Shown piece by piece: positions 28,960 to 45,023 of a stretch of 64,000 bases of DNA. The notes below the pieces were generated by a model, which was not told where the DNA came from, did no database searches, and worked only from the letters and a program-made list of their open reading frames with translations. The stretch comes from Chrysomallon squamiferum. Its lineage: Eukaryota > Animalia > Mollusca. The stretch spans positions 5,642,001 through 5,706,000 of the forward strand of contig CM022665.1 of assembly GCA_012295275.1 (NCBI GenBank), read 5' to 3'. The position numbers and the translations under genes were made by a program. Numbering within the stretch: position 1 is the stretch's first letter; the number at the start of each line of letters is the position of its first letter.

Positions 28960-31900
28960 GTGAAATTATGTAAAGAAAAAAAGAAAATCAGATAAACAGA
29001 AGACATCTGAGCTATTAAGATTTTGAAGATGTTTGGTTTCTGTGAACCTTAATCAGACAAATTGTGATATAATTTAACAACAACAATAATAATAATAATA
29101 ACAACAATAATTTTAATAATAATTTTAATAATAATAATAATAAAATTTTAAAAAATACTGCAGCTTTTTGGTAACACAATTATGCCATCAGAAAATCTTA
29201 ATCTTAAAATGGTTGAAATGGAATCCAACCCAGAGATGTGCACTTATGAGAAATGATTTTACGACTACTCTACCACTGAGCCACAGCTGATAAGACAGTC
29301 ACCTCTTGTCTGTTCTTAATGAGTTTACAATGAAAAAAAAAAAAAAAAAAAACTGTTTGCACGGCTGTCTTCCTCTGATGTAAAGCTTGTCACACTGGTG
29401 TTATTTTTTCACACATGCCTTTCATTCTTCTACCAGTATACATTGTCTTCTGTGTTTGTTAAACTGTGTAGAATCCTGTCTAATCCAGGCCTGTGAGAAT
29501 CTTCAGTGACAGGTACTTACATTTTTGTCACCCCAGTGTCGTATGTTAACATCACCTGTTGTCTCGTCAGTTTATGTCCTAAAAAAAAAAATGTTTTGGC
29601 TTTCTGAATAAGAATATATATATACTGCTCATTCATGGGTATAGTGCTGTCACCCCATTTTATTCACAACTTATATTATAATTTTGTTTTCTCCTTTAAT
29701 GAAACTTCTTTCTTCTTGAAAGTTACCTTCACCACACTGATGGCCTACCACCTTCTTGAAATCACAAATCTGCCCTTGTATCTATAGAAATACATATGTA
29801 CATGTGCTCTGCAATGTATTGGTCATGTTTTATTGTTTGAGGATGTTTTTTTTTTTTAAATTTAAATATAGAGAAAATATTATCTGTTTATTTAGAATTG
29901 AAAAATATTTATTTTTTCTTTCTTTGGAATGTGTGGATCCCATTTGTATCGTCATTATTTTTTCATTTTTTTTTTTTTTTAAAATAATGAAATTTGTTTC
30001 ATCTTAAAGTTGTAACCATCACAGTCATGTCACACTTTGTTTCATATTTTCTAAATTAAAAACATTTTGTTTTTTTGTTGTGTCTAATTCTGTTATGTAT
30101 TTTAATTAAAACACCCACAAAAAAACAAACAAACAACAATATCATAATATTAATTATTGATTTTAATTGTTTGCATTATATATTCACCTCTGATAATGTA
30201 AATTACTCCAATTTTATTTTTTATTATTTAAGTTTATTTTGTATAATCATTTTTTTTTTAATTATTATTATTATTTATTTATTAAAATTATTATCTGCTG
30301 AAGGAAACTATCATTATACATACAAAATTAAATATGTTTGTTTTTAATTTTCACTTTTCTTATTTATCCAAGCCTACTTAAAATTAATTTAAACAGCAAC
30401 AAAAGGTAATAGGGCTATTATTCCTTTTTCTTTCAGTTTATTTCTAGACCATTTTGTTGATACATTTTTTTAATGTTAAACAGATGCTTTGATGTTAAAA
30501 GAAAGATAATTTATCCTAAGGATATTAAATGCCATTAAATGATTATGATATATAAACAATCTAAAAAAAATTAATTCATAAAAATTTATTTATTCTTTCT
30601 TTTTATTGTTTATAATAAGCTCATAAATAATTTCACAAATTTTTGTTCTTAACCATCAACATTTTCCCCCTCAAATTCAGTATAAAAATATGAAATAAAT
30701 CCTGATTCTTGATGAAACTTTTCTAAATATTTGTTTCAATGTTGAGCCCAGTGTAAATATTTAATATTCAGTGATTAATTCATTCTTCAGTTTATTTGGA
30801 TAGAAGCCAAAGCTACAAGAAAAATGCAATAAAAAAATAAAAAATGAAAGAGAATTTTGTACAACATTTCTCAGATAACTATAAAAAAAACTACTAAAAC
30901 ACTTCTCCCCTCCCCCATCAGACTTCCCTGTTTATATTTTAAAACTGATGTGTTTCTGTTAAGTCCTTAAACATGTCAACTTAATTGAAATGAACCTGAT
31001 TTTCTAATGATTGATTTGATTTTTCTGAATATGATTTGGCAGATTGAATAAATGTTCATATGTTCACACTGTACAGTGCATTAACATCGATATGTCACAT
31101 TCACTTAGTAACAAACACACTGTATGTGTGTGTTATGACAGTTTTCAGTTTGCCCCAGGTACATCCTCATCATGCCATGTGCTGAAACACACAGATGGAG
31201 GCTAGAACCAGCCAGCACACCTTGACAACAAATGACATCTTTAATTAATTAAATTTTAAGTTCAAGCTGTGGGCACACCTTTTATGTTACTAATGAAGTC
31301 CAGTTTTAATAGGCCGTTGAAAGAATCAGTATTTTAAGACACACATACCCACACATAAACATAAATACATACATACACCCACATAAAAGCACCCACATAC
31401 CCAGTTAAGTATGTGTATACTTGTTCTATTTTAGACGATGATGATGATCTTATTCTAAATATAAATCTGGATTAATTTTAATTTTTTTAATTTTATATAT
31501 ATATATATCTGTAAATTAGCAGACATAAGCTATGCATTTTAGGTTAAGAGGAACAAAAAATGAATCCACACTATTAGATGACATAATCTACATTATGTTT
31601 CAATATATCCATTTACAATTTCATACAAAAGTAACTACAAACAGATGCATAATATTGAAGTACATAATTTACTGTACATTTTAAAATATCTGTTTTAATT
31701 TTTTTGCACACACAGTGTTCTGTATTGGTAGATTCAAAAAGAAGCTCCAAACAGTAAAAGGCTGAAGTTATGCATGGTAAGAAAGGCTTTTCCTGTAAAG
31801 CAGAATGAATAAATTAAAATATGTTTTGCATATGTCACCATATTTTAATAATGGTTATTTGCAATAATAATGATAATGTAAAATAGAATACCATCTTTCC

Positions 31901-32710
31901 ATTCACTGTTCTTACCATTTAGCAGGGTTAAAAAAAAACAAAAAAAGAAATTAAAAAAAATTATCTTGCACCTTCCCATGAACTGGAAAGCACATATTGT
32001 AGTGTTTAATAATCATTGTTATGGCATTGATCAGTAAGAGAAATAGCCTGAAGGAACTGAAACTGGTTCCCATCATTACGTCTTCTCTAACCTCTGGACT
32101 ATAGTCTATATAGCTTGAAAACATGTCAATATGATGCCCTGCTACTGTTATTAGTGTTAAAAGTTACTGCAGACTTAGTCAGGTTTTGAAACTGATAAAC
32201 ATCTGAGATGAAAAACTAAATCAACATTTATAGCACATATTTATAGATTTATGAAAGGCACATCTTGTTAATGATGTTTAGCTTCAAGGAAACAAGACTT
32301 AAACACACAGGCATACAATTACAAGTAGGTGCTGATCAAGGGAGTGATGTTGTGGGGGAGGGGGGTAGGGTAGGGCTGTACTATTCTCCTTCTCATGATC
32401 ACAAAAATTATTTAAGCATACAGTATAATGAATTTTGTTTTTGTTTTCACATATATAAATTACTGAGAGATATAAATACTGATCTGTTTTGGCATAATTA
32501 TTTTATACCTTTGAGATGTTTTACGCAGAATGACTTGAACAACACAGTTATTACTGTAAATTTATGTTCTTTATTTGTCTCTGCAAGATGCTGTTAAGAT
32601 GCAAAATGTTAATGGTTTATTCTTCTTAAATATTAATGCTAAATTATTTCACTGATCAACTGAAATTAAGTGTGGTTATGTAACATTTCCATGCACACAT
32701 ATATATGTAA

Positions 32711-32803
<93 letters not shown>

Positions 32804-35800
32804 ACTTCCTCACACATACATCATATAAAACAAACATTCAAAACAATTTAGAACCTGCATTTTAACTGCCATTAATATTTAAAAACTAACACACTACAAG
32901 TTATTTATTTCCAAGTTTATCAATACAAAATAAATCTGTTGTACGTCTAATTTACTTCCCACTCTTTTATTTTCTTTTTTGCATCTTACATATTTTAAAT
33001 TGTGGTAAATGATGCTGAGGTGTTTGACAGATTGTTTCAGGTGACTGTCATGCTGGTGGTAAACCCTATGACAATGTGTTTCCTGATGGCTATCCAAGCC
33101 TTAAGAACAAACAAAACAACACCCTCTCCTCTTTTCCATTCAGCCAGACAGTTACACCAGGTACACACACTCGGCCAAAACCTCATTTATATTCCATTCA
33201 TACTTCAAAGTTCAGGTAAAGTTCAAGCAAAAAAGTCCTGGACTTTTAATCCACACAGGATAAAAGTATTGTGTTTGTGGTTGTGTTAAAACGTTTCATT
33301 AATCTTGGAGAGAATTCTTAGGCTTTGATAGATATTATGGGCATGACAGGCTTCCTTGGACACTTCTATGAAGCAGTGAAGTTAAATTTTGTCTGAAGTT
33401 TTCCACAGTCATATCCTCACATAAACTCTGAGCTAGGAATTACCAATATCTGCATTTTTGTATATAAATATTCAGACAAATTTTTATGTGCATATATTTT
33501 GTTCACATATATTATAATTGTATGTAAATACATATTTTATTTATAGGGGAGCTTTACATATAATTGCACATAGCACAATTATTTTCTCTTTTTGATTCAT
33601 TGTGCATATGGGTATATTAAAAAAGAAGAAAACCCCCACCAAAACCCTATAGATATTTATGTTTTTATTGTTTCCATTCAGATCAGAAACAGTTTTGATA
33701 TTTTATTTGTGAGTTTTTGTTCTTGATAATTATGTTTTTAAATTATTTTTATCTAAATTATATTTATTTTTCTTCACTCTTTATTTTAAATTTAATTAGG
33801 TGTAATTTTATAATTATTATTATTAATGTATTAAAACACAACATACACATATGTAGATATATATATCTGGACATATACTTAAAGATGAAGTAAAAATACA
33901 AAATGAGTATTTTTGTTCATGCAGCTAGCAAAGACTCATTTAATAACCATCAACTTATTTCATGGTTTATGAATCTGACCTATAACTATGACCTGTTTAC
34001 ATCAAAGGTACATAAAATGAACTGCTTGTCAAACTGTACCATCCAAAACCATATATACATTCAGGAGCCACAATCCTGCAGCCACAAAGTTGTGTGAACT
34101 ACTGTGCCAGGGGCAAATTATTACAGTGTGGTTTGATCTGGGCCAAAGTTATGTCACTGACCAGTTTTACTTGTGTTGTTTTCCCATGATGGCTTCCTGC
34201 AAAGTGCAAACAGAAAACCATGCACACACCTTGACAGACGATCAATAGGTAAACCTGCTGCTAAGAGTTAGTGTAAACAAAGGTGTGTTAATTACAAATA
34301 ATTTCAGGTGATTTTTGTCGTAATGTCATATTTGAAAAATGTGACGGTTTAATGGTTTCTCTCCTCTTTGTTAAATGCTTTTAGCAGTTTGTGTTGGACT
34401 TCTGGCTAAGATTAAACTGTTAATATAGCTTTAGGAATCCATTATTCCCCTCCCTTTTTTTTTGCTGTTGACATATGTTGATCAATGTGGGTGCTTCTGT
34501 GGCATATACCCCTGTGTTTGTATTTATTTATTTATTTATTTATTTATTTATTACCCTTCTTTTCTGAAATTCTGAATCATCCTCTCAATGTTATAAACAT
34601 GTAGTACATGATCTGACACGTGTGGAAATAGCCTCTGACAACACGTCTATTTTCTATTCTCTTTGGTATTTTTAAATCTCATTTACCTCTCCCAGTCATG
34701 ATTTTGCGCACTAAATGATTCATTCACTTGTTTAGTGAAAGAAACAAAAAGAAAAAAAATCTTTTGATACCTACAATTTCATGTCTCAGTGCTATTTTTA
34801 AAACCATTCTGTCACAGACTATTCTCTTTTCAATAAACCCAGTCTATTGATCAATTCATTACTTTTAATAATATATATATATATATATATATATAGTGTT
34901 CAGTATACAGATATACTGTATATGCTGTATGTGATAGAAATTTGTATTTGTTTAGTTAAGGAAATAAGACAAGGAATATATATATAGCCCTTACAAACAT
35001 AGTAGACATGCAAATATGTGCACATAAATATTCTAATATGTAGATATAAGATAAATCTTGAGATAATGTATGTCATTTATCTGTGGTATATTATATATGC
35101 ATGTGGACAATAAAACCACACACATATGGCACACAAAAAAAGCATAAATATACACATAAAAACTATCCATCCATGCTATACTGAAAATATATAACAACAA
35201 TACTTTTCTCACATTTTGTGGTAACTGATACTGCTGTGACAGTTACATTAATAATGTTGGTCAGGTGTGCTACTCACTGATACACTTTATATATAGCAAA
35301 TGGATCACCACAGTACATTAGTGAATACTAGGAATGCTTTCAGGTTGACTTAGGATGACATCTGTATAAACAGAACATCCCATCAGAAAACCTGTGTGTG
35401 TGTGTGTGTGTATAAATATATATATATATAGACAGTCATTTGGTCAGATTTTATAGGTCCAGTCAAACTTGTGTGTTTGTAAGTCCACAACATCATCCTG
35501 ATTAAAATATAACAAATGATTAAATGCAGTTGCAAAAAAAACTGCTTGTTTGTATTATCTGTAAATAACAGTCTGGACATAAATTTCATTGAAACAAGGT
35601 TTCCAAGTTTTTCAGTTTGTGGTAATAAATGCAACATTAATAATTCCACACTAATAAAAATGATGATACATTTTTGTTGCTTATAATAAGATAAATACCA
35701 AAATTTTAATAGTAGAAAATATTCCTTTATTGTATTTTATTGATAATTTGCCAAAACAAAATAAATTTGTTTCCAGGCAGTATGAATAAAGGATAACTGC

Positions 35801-36994
35801 TTTAAGTGTAAGCATCAAAAATCTTTTTTTTTTTTTTTTTTTTTCCATTATATAAGCTTGAAATCTGTATGTTGTTATTTCCAAAATGGTCATAAGCACT
35901 TTAATGACTTTGCTTTTTGAATGTATGTGTTAAAAGGCTTTTACATCAAGAACACATGGAGATGGATGTAGATTTGCAAGAAAGGAATACCTAGCATTGT
36001 GTGCATTTAACTTTCATCATAGAACAAGTTTCATTACAAAGAGAAAAAAAAAAAAAAAAAAAAAAAAACAGCCAGCTGACAGAAGAATGAGAATGGTGGT
36101 GTGACTCTCCAGCTCTGTGACTGTTACCGACCACTTCACATACTACTACTATCAGACAAACACAGGCTGTTGTTTTTCTCTCTCTCTTATTACCGACTTC
36201 ACTCCTTATCAACATCCATGACCTGTTATACCTCTTCTAGCCAGTTCAATGTGCCCATTAACCTGCAGCAGATACAGATTTCAAAACAAATCTCTCTCTG
36301 CTGTAGCAAAACTGAATAAAGTATTTTATAAACATTTCATCCTATGTTATGGCACCCAGATAAACAGTTGCCATTGTAGATATTAAACTGTCTGCTGTCA
36401 GTTTACATTTTGAATGCTGTTTGAAATTTCGTGTTTGTTGTTATGACTTGGCTGTTTGTGTTGCTGTTTGTGTTTATGACTTAATACAGATTTGATTGTG
36501 TATTGTTACAACGCTGTTTTTTTTTTTTTTTTTTTTTTATTCTGTAAAATTATGTCAAAATACAACATTCAGCATTATGAAATAGGGTTTTATGTTACAC
36601 TGTTATATTTTAATGCAACATTGAGTTTGATATTAAGAAATAACATTTCTCTGCCATACTTTATAATTATATCATAAGAGCTCTAAAAGACATGCATGTT
36701 GTTATGAAATGGGAGGTTTTACAACAGCATTATAATACATGGTAATATTTGCTAATGAAAGTTTAGTTAACACTTTGCTATATTTTAATACAGGTTGTTA
36801 AGTAGTTATTTTATGATTATTGTGGAATACTGAAACTTAGATATTATCATAATTTTTTATTATTATTATGTGGGGTTTTTTAATTGGATTTTTGTTGGGG
36901 AGGTCCATTTGGTCTTAAGGTATAAAGATTATTGTTTAAAAAAAATAAAATGACAATTTTAATAATATATATGTATGTATGTATGTGTGTATAT

Positions 36995-37029
<35 letters not shown>

Positions 37030-40000
37030 TATACATACATACATATATATATATATTAATCATTATTATGTGTGTAATACAGGTAACAAATATTTTTGGT
37101 GAATGTATCTATATTATTTGTGTTCAGTTGTGTGTGTGAGTCTGTGCATGCGTGCATGCAAGTGTACGTGCATGTGCATACACACACACACAGGAAATTT
37201 TACTTTATATATTTTACTCTGTAATATTTAAGTGCCATTTCCAGATCCTCTGCTGACCTCTACTGACAAATGTATGGTTCAGACGTGACTTTGTGTGAAA
37301 GATGCTTGACATTTTTGTTTTATATAATGCGTATGCAGTGGCAGGGATGGACTGTCCAATGAAATTCTGCACAAACACTTAGCTGGTTTTTTTTTTAATA
37401 ATTACACACTTAATGCAGCAACTACAGAAAGGTCATTCACATGTTTAGCATCAAAAATATTAACAATGCCCTTACATGACATGAAATACGAAACTATTAT
37501 TATTTATGTATGGCTGTTGTGTCTTACGACAAGTTTGTTGTAAGTTTCCTTTCAGTTCTTTGGTTTCAGTATGTGGAACACACTGCATGCTGTTAAATGG
37601 TTAAACAAAAAGAACATGTTTATGGAACATCGTGCGTTCGTGATCTTCAGTAACAAAAGGGAGTAGCTAACATTACCCCCAAAAGTATTTTAATGACTAT
37701 TTTAAGGGAATGTCCCTGCTGTTATTCTGGTGATGAACCAAGAAAAAGACACAGCAGATATTTAAAATGAAGTTGTTAATAATGCCCATGTTACATATGT
37801 AACTTACAGTTTGAATGACAGTAATGTTATCACTTAGAATGAAATATGTGGTTGGTTATAAAATGAAATTTACTCTTGAAACAATGATGATTGGCCAAAA
37901 CTGTTCTTCTACTGGGCCTATTTGAACAGAATTGCATCATCATAATTATTATTCACTTGTAAAACTTGTTCTTGTAATGTGTCTTTGTAAGACTGAATAT
38001 ATATAATTTGACCATTTCTATACCTTCATTATACACAAACATTGCACTGTCCGAAATAAGTTTTAAAAATTTAATATATTTTCAAATATATATTTCGTCA
38101 ACTATTACCAAAATAAAAAAAAAAAAAAAAAAATTACTGGTAAATTGTTGAAAAGTCTTAAATCCTGGTATGTTACTTCCTTGGACCTGCAATCAATCAT
38201 TTCGTGAGATTGCCAAATACAAGGTAGAGAATCAGACTGTTAATTGGTTCTTTCCCCAGGCTATGACATGATTCATCAAATATATTTATTTCACACACAC
38301 ATCATAGTATTTGAAACAGACAGATATGTATTAATACCTATATACATACATATATACATACATATATATATATAAATAATTGTAAATGTAGTTCTCTGGG
38401 CTGACCTATGTATGTCCAACTGACCGTTTGACTTCATTTGTTAGAAAAGAAATGAAGAATAATGACCATGAAGATGCACACATAATGAGAGATGTCATTA
38501 AAAATACTGCTGTACTGTATTTATTGATGTAATTGGTTTTATTTGTTAATGATAATTGATGGTGATAGTTCACTTGGTAATACATTTTGCCTCGGGTTTT
38601 ATAGGTCTCAGAATTAATTTACCTTAAAAGACATTATGATTAACTAATTTTTTATTCCTCATATAATCTTTCTAAAGCAAAGGAAATGCTTTTAAATAAA
38701 AAAATAACCGTAATTTTGATAATTTCAAGAACCCCCCCCCAGTATTTCAATAATTATTGAAGATGAGATTGTTACCTGTAACCAGATTCTTCATTATATG
38801 TGAGTCAAATGTTATGGTATGTGCTTCCATGACTAAATAAATATATATATAAAAGATTTCTTGCTTAAATGGTGGACCATAACTTCATGTTAATTACTTT
38901 AAGCAAATAATGGCTGCTGTGATTTCAGTGGTGAAATAATTAATCTTTTTCCAGTATATAAAAATATGGTTCTTGAAAGCTGGGTTAACCATTATTGTTT
39001 ATGATCATTTGGAACATAATGTTTACTTTGATAGCTTAAAGAAACTATCTAAACAACCAAATAACCAGAAAACAAATTTTAAGAAACCCCCAAACACCAC
39101 AAAGATAAACTTGTTATTGATTTTTGGTAGGTTAATGCTATGTTTTATAAGCTAATAAATTTTGTTGCAAGCCTACTGAAAGTTTCATTATTTGCCTGTT
39201 TAGATAAATACTGTATATTTTATCATTTACACTTCACATCTGCTGAAAATGTTTAGTTTAGACTGCATAACAGTGCATGTCAGCTGTAATATTTTTCACA
39301 CCTGTCTTACAGATAATAAAACACAACCCTTGTGATTATCTACAACAGATGGTGATGTCATGGACATTTCTATAGACTTTTTTTTACTTTATGGCAATTG
39401 TTAATAAATTTTGTGTTAGCTGAATGTGTTATGAAGTGTAGTTTAGTGTCTTAAGCTTACTTTCGACTTGAAGGATTCTAGGACCAGTCTAAGAGTACCT
39501 GTAAATGTAATTTCCAGATCCAACCTGTTACCTTTGACTTTATCTTTAGGGTTGTAGAAAGGTCAGTTTCTGGTGTTGTGGAATGTTCATTGAATGAATG
39601 AACAAAGTTTAACAGGTTTTAACATTTTTCAAAAATTATTGTTGTATGATGATTAGCAGGAAATTATTCATTATATGTACCATCCTGTAAACAGTAAAGC
39701 ACTTACCATGATCTTTAACAGCCCAGTTATAATGCACTGGAGAAGATTCGCCCTAACACCTCAGCCCTGTATTCTAATCAGTAATAGTCCACATCTGTAA
39801 GTGTTCTAATATTGTATGTGAATAGCATAATGAATCTCAGTTCCAATTAAACTTCATTAAAATTCAATGCAAAATTAAATCAGTTGTTAGGTGTCATAAT
39901 GAAGATATATGAAGTTAAATAATAAACTAGAATATTTATGTTAGATATTGATTTTATTTCACATTCAGAAATAGATATATTTATCTTATACACGATTTTG

Positions 40001-41785
40001 TTTATTATTATTTTTTTATTTTTTTATTTTTTTCATTTTAATTCATTTTATATGTTTTAATTTTTTGTGCTGAATTTTATCTAAATTTATATTCATTAAT
40101 TAATCATTAATCTATACCACAGTCAAGATAATCTAAATTTCATTATTTTACTGAGCTACATGTTCAGAACAACTAGTTTAAAGTTCCTTTTTCTTCTTCT
40201 GTTAGTCATAACCATTGGTTTAATATCAAGTCACTAATTGTGTGACTTTCTTCCAAACTGGGCAACTCCCAGGAATTCTGACGTGTAACAAGATATTCAT
40301 TAAGTTTGCATGTGTAGGCAGTGTGGTATGCATCTCTCTTAATTACTTAGACAACTGGCTTGGTTGGGTCAGTATCAGATAGGCCATGGTTATTATATAC
40401 ATGTCTCATTATGATATATGCTTGGATTGGTGCTAATTAACAAAATCTGTGTTTTTATTATCGGAGCTGGTGCAGTTCTTTGTGATAAGAGAGAGAGAGA
40501 AAAAAAGAAAATCGTTATGGTGTATGAAAATCTTTGGAAAAGTGGAAATGAATGGTGTATGTTATCATGCCTTAAATAATTTTGTGTATATTATGTTTCT
40601 ATCTGTCTTTCTGTATGTATGTGTAAGAGTGCATGTGTGCATGGCTCTATGTATGTTTGTGGGTCTGTGTGCATGCATGCAAGCATGCATGTATGTGTAG
40701 GTGTGCACATACAAACAAAATGTTAAAAAATAATGATAATAGTGCAAACCTGAAATTAAATGATTAAAAATGGGTGTACATTACTGTACAAATTTGTACA
40801 TTTTCTGTGTTTTCATTTTACACAAAAACAATATACATTTTTTTTTTTTTTATATACATACTTTTCATGCATGCCGATCTGAATGTAATGGCTGACATTC
40901 ATGTAATTCAAAATGTTGAATACTGGCAACACATTATTAAATACATTTTTACACAGGGATAGTATTATAATAATATCCAGTTAAATTGCTTCAGTTAAAA
41001 ACATTGTTTCATTGTTTTAGAGTTTTATGGTCACAAAGTATCTGCTTTAAATTTAATATTTGCTGAGATGACATATATAATCTCTTTCCAATGTTTTGAA
41101 CACAAAAAGGAAGAAGTGTTTCTAAGTAAATATTCTGTTTGTACAGTTTACAATCTATGTATGCATAAGAAAGATAAAAGAAAAGAAAAAAGAACCCAGT
41201 GCACCATGCAAAACTTGTACTCTGCCGAAAAAACATTTACATGTAAAATTCACTGTTCCACATTATAATACTCAGAACTTTTTCATGTCTGAAAATATTT
41301 AATATTCAGTGGAAGTAGTAGAACCATTTACATTTCACAGGAGGATTTAACATTGAATAAAACTTATTATTTATTTATATGTTCATTCAAATTCAGTTTG
41401 TCAAAAATTTTGTTTTGTTGCACAAAACTAAAATCTAGGGCCAGCATTATGTTTATGCGTGTATTTTCAGTGATTAATCCTTGTTTGGTCATTAGATTAG
41501 TATTGTGTGCGTTGAGGGAATTCATGCATGCATTAAATTTTTATCTTCATCAAGTACAAGGTATTAAATTATAAATGCTTCTTAACCCATTGTTAAGCTG
41601 ATACACTACATATATAGAGATGTTTTGTAAACTAGAAATACAAATCTGCTTCAGTTACAGTTTAAAAGTTAAAATGTTTTTGTTTGGTTCTATTCTCTTT
41701 TTTTTTTAAAGGTAATTTATTTATATTTTTATTTCTACTATTGCTACTACTATTACTGTTATTGTTATTATTATTATTATTATTA

Positions 41786-41873
<88 letters not shown>

Positions 41874-44800
41874 AGATTTATTCATTACCAGAATTATGAT
41901 AAGATCAAAACACCTCAGGGTACCCACTGGGCTGTTTCCCCATCTCATCAAAACAGATTTATGAAGAGATATTGTATTTGTTTTCCTGTTTACAGAAAAA
42001 TACACATAAAAGGTATTTTTACACTAATCAGAAAGGAATTGCCTACGGTATGGAGGCTGCAAATTTACCTTTTTTCATTTCATATGGACTATAACTAATT
42101 TGTATGACATCATATAAGATCATTTATTACAAAGTGTTGACTGGGTCATTAAATATAACATTTCTTCCTTCCTCTCATTCCTTATGAAGTAAGCTACAGT
42201 TTAACCATGTCAAAGAAACTTGTCCTTTTAATTTCCAGTTTTTAAAATCTGCTTGAGGTTCCATTGTTTGTGTTACAGGGCACCTCATTATGTCATGGCC
42301 TTTTCAGAGAATTATTTACTTAAGAAACGGTAAATAAATTAATCCATGGGGATTTGGATGCTAATCATTTAGGATTTGATTTCAGATTAGTGCCTGCTGG
42401 GATAGTGGTTTTGATGGGGTTTTTTTTGTATTTTCTAAAAGGTTTTGATTCAGATTTAAATGAATTACGCTTGGTATATATATATATATATATATATATA
42501 TCTACATTAAGAACTGGTGTATACTTAGAAACACATGGTATTAAATAAAAATGAAGGCATGAATAAGTACTCAAAATAAAACATTTTATTTACCTTCCTT
42601 TTCTAAGCCATTGCTGCACAGATTTTATTTATTGTGTATTATATATTACTACAATTAACTTTTATATCACTCTTAGGTGTCAGTAAATATGTATTGTGTC
42701 ATTTCTAAATATACTGCTTATCAGATCCAGACTTATGTATGTTGGAATTATTATATTTATATCTTAGTTGATTCATTGTTCTTCATTGTTTTTATAATAT
42801 AATACTTAAGATTTACATAGTAATATTAAATAAGTATGTAAAAGTACTGCTCTTACAAATTATAGCATGGGATTTTGTATAAGTAGCACCTTCTCATAAA
42901 ACACATAAAACACATGATAATTGTTGGCTCTGGCTAAAATGAAAAATAACCCTGTAGATGCATTACAGAGCGTTGATACTGGAACTTGGACTGTCTAAGT
43001 TCTAACCACTAAAGTATAGCCTCTTTCTTCCTAATCTTTACCAACACACATCAAGTACAGATATATATTTAACATTGTTTATTAAGTATGGTATACACAC
43101 ATGTACATTTATGTAAACACTGTTGTTATGTACACAGGATTTTGCTGTGATGTTTTTGTCAACATTTGGCAATCTAAACACAACACACAGGAGCTATTGT
43201 CAGTGATCGTGATGTAGGTATGTTTATGATGATACAGTTTTACCAGGATCATTCCAAATCCTGCATTAGAGCAAGTTGCATTTGCTTGGGATTAAAGATG
43301 AATTCTTTTAATAATCTGGTTTCAATGTCATGCAAGTTTTATGTTTTACAAAATCTCATCTTGTAAAACAAACACAAATCTTTTTGATCTTTTTGCCAGT
43401 CATAACAAATATTTGAAAAATATTTTTTTTAAGTATTTTTTTTTTACATCTGACATATTTAGATTGATTATTTATTTATTCACTTAAATTGTTTAATTTT
43501 TCTTCTTCTTCTACTTATTAAAAAAAAATAAAAATTAAATATATATTAAAATTATACTGAATATTAGATGAAGAGTTTGAAAATCACACACAACAAAGGA
43601 TTTTACCTAAGTTATATTTGTTACATGTTAAACGAAGCATTCTGCAGGGTTTCTCATTTCTCCAAGTTAGAACTACTACTAATAGTTAATTAAGCAGTTT
43701 AAATTTCATTGGTACCATATGTTAATGAAAGTTTTTATTCAGGGTTTATGTATTACAAAGTCTGTTTCCTGACTGCATTATTAAATGACATCTGCACATT
43801 TCATAAATATATTTATGTTAAACAAACGGGAGGGTTCTACAGAACATTTCATTCCACCTGTTTAATAAAATACTTCTAATTAGTTCTGCAGGTTTTGTTA
43901 TTTGTTAAGTTAAATTAACATACTACAGTATTAGCTTTTTATTCAGTGATTATCTCTGTTAAACGGATTTTCTCTGGAAGGTTTAATTCGTAGTATAAAA
44001 TGCCACTATTTCATAGGTATTAATGATGAGAACATTAATTAAAATGTTCTGTCATTAGGGCTGGTGGATGGTGGTGATCAGTACTTACTTATTAGATGAA
44101 AATACTCTGGTTGCAATAATCAGCACGTATTAAATGAAGTATTCCCATATTGAAAGGTGATAGTGGTGGTGGTGGTGATTTTGTACATAATAAATAAAGT
44201 TTTCTGTTACAAGGGTTGGTGGGCGGTGCTGATTAAGACATATTAAATAAAACTGTCTACACAGTTTCCCTGCTGACCAGTTTGAGTGCGAGTGTGAATA
44301 TTTCTCTGTTAACATGTATGTGTGCTGTGACAAATAACCTACTGTTTGTTCTCGGCACTTCTCCAACCTTCATAATGGCCGTCTCAGTACACAGAGCTGA
44401 CTTCATGATTTCATTGATGTCTGTCTGTCTGTTTGTACTGCACACTGACCTTTGTTTGCTTATGTTTGTGGTCTCATCGTTTATAACCTTTGCATTCTTT
44501 TCTATGCTTTTTTTTTTTTTTTTTTTCCTTAAGATGAAAACCGATTTCTTGGATTTTGTTTTGTGTAACCTGGTATTTCTTTCAGGGCTTTTTTTCTTTT
44601 TTTTTTTTTTTTTTTTTTTTATTATTATTATTGTTGTTTCTTAGGTGGGTTTTTTTTTGTGTTTTTTTAAATTTAATATTTGTATATGGTCTCACAATTC
44701 ATAAAACAGTTATTGTATTGTTATTAGGTTTTTTTATTATTCTTTAAAATTAGTCAAGTTTTGGGGGTTTGATGAAGGTTATGCCAAAATGGTAAATGGT

Positions 44801-44957
44801 TTTTACCTATTCCAAAGACAGAGTTGTAAACTAATTTTGGAAAATGCGATTAATATAAAAGTTTTGGTAACTAAACAATATGCAATTTTCATGATTTTGT
44901 TATAAAAATCTTGATCTTCTTCTTCTTCTTCTTCTTCTTCTTCTTCTTCTTCTTCTT

Positions 44958-45023
<66 letters not shown>

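Noticed and set aside
29220-29287. tRNA gene
   Set aside because: A and B boxes are present, but there are no acceptor or anticodon stems; treated as a SINE relic.
43138-43216. Candidate internal exon (ACAG|GATTTT...TAG|GTATG) in the long intron
   Set aside because: Stop codons in all three frames.
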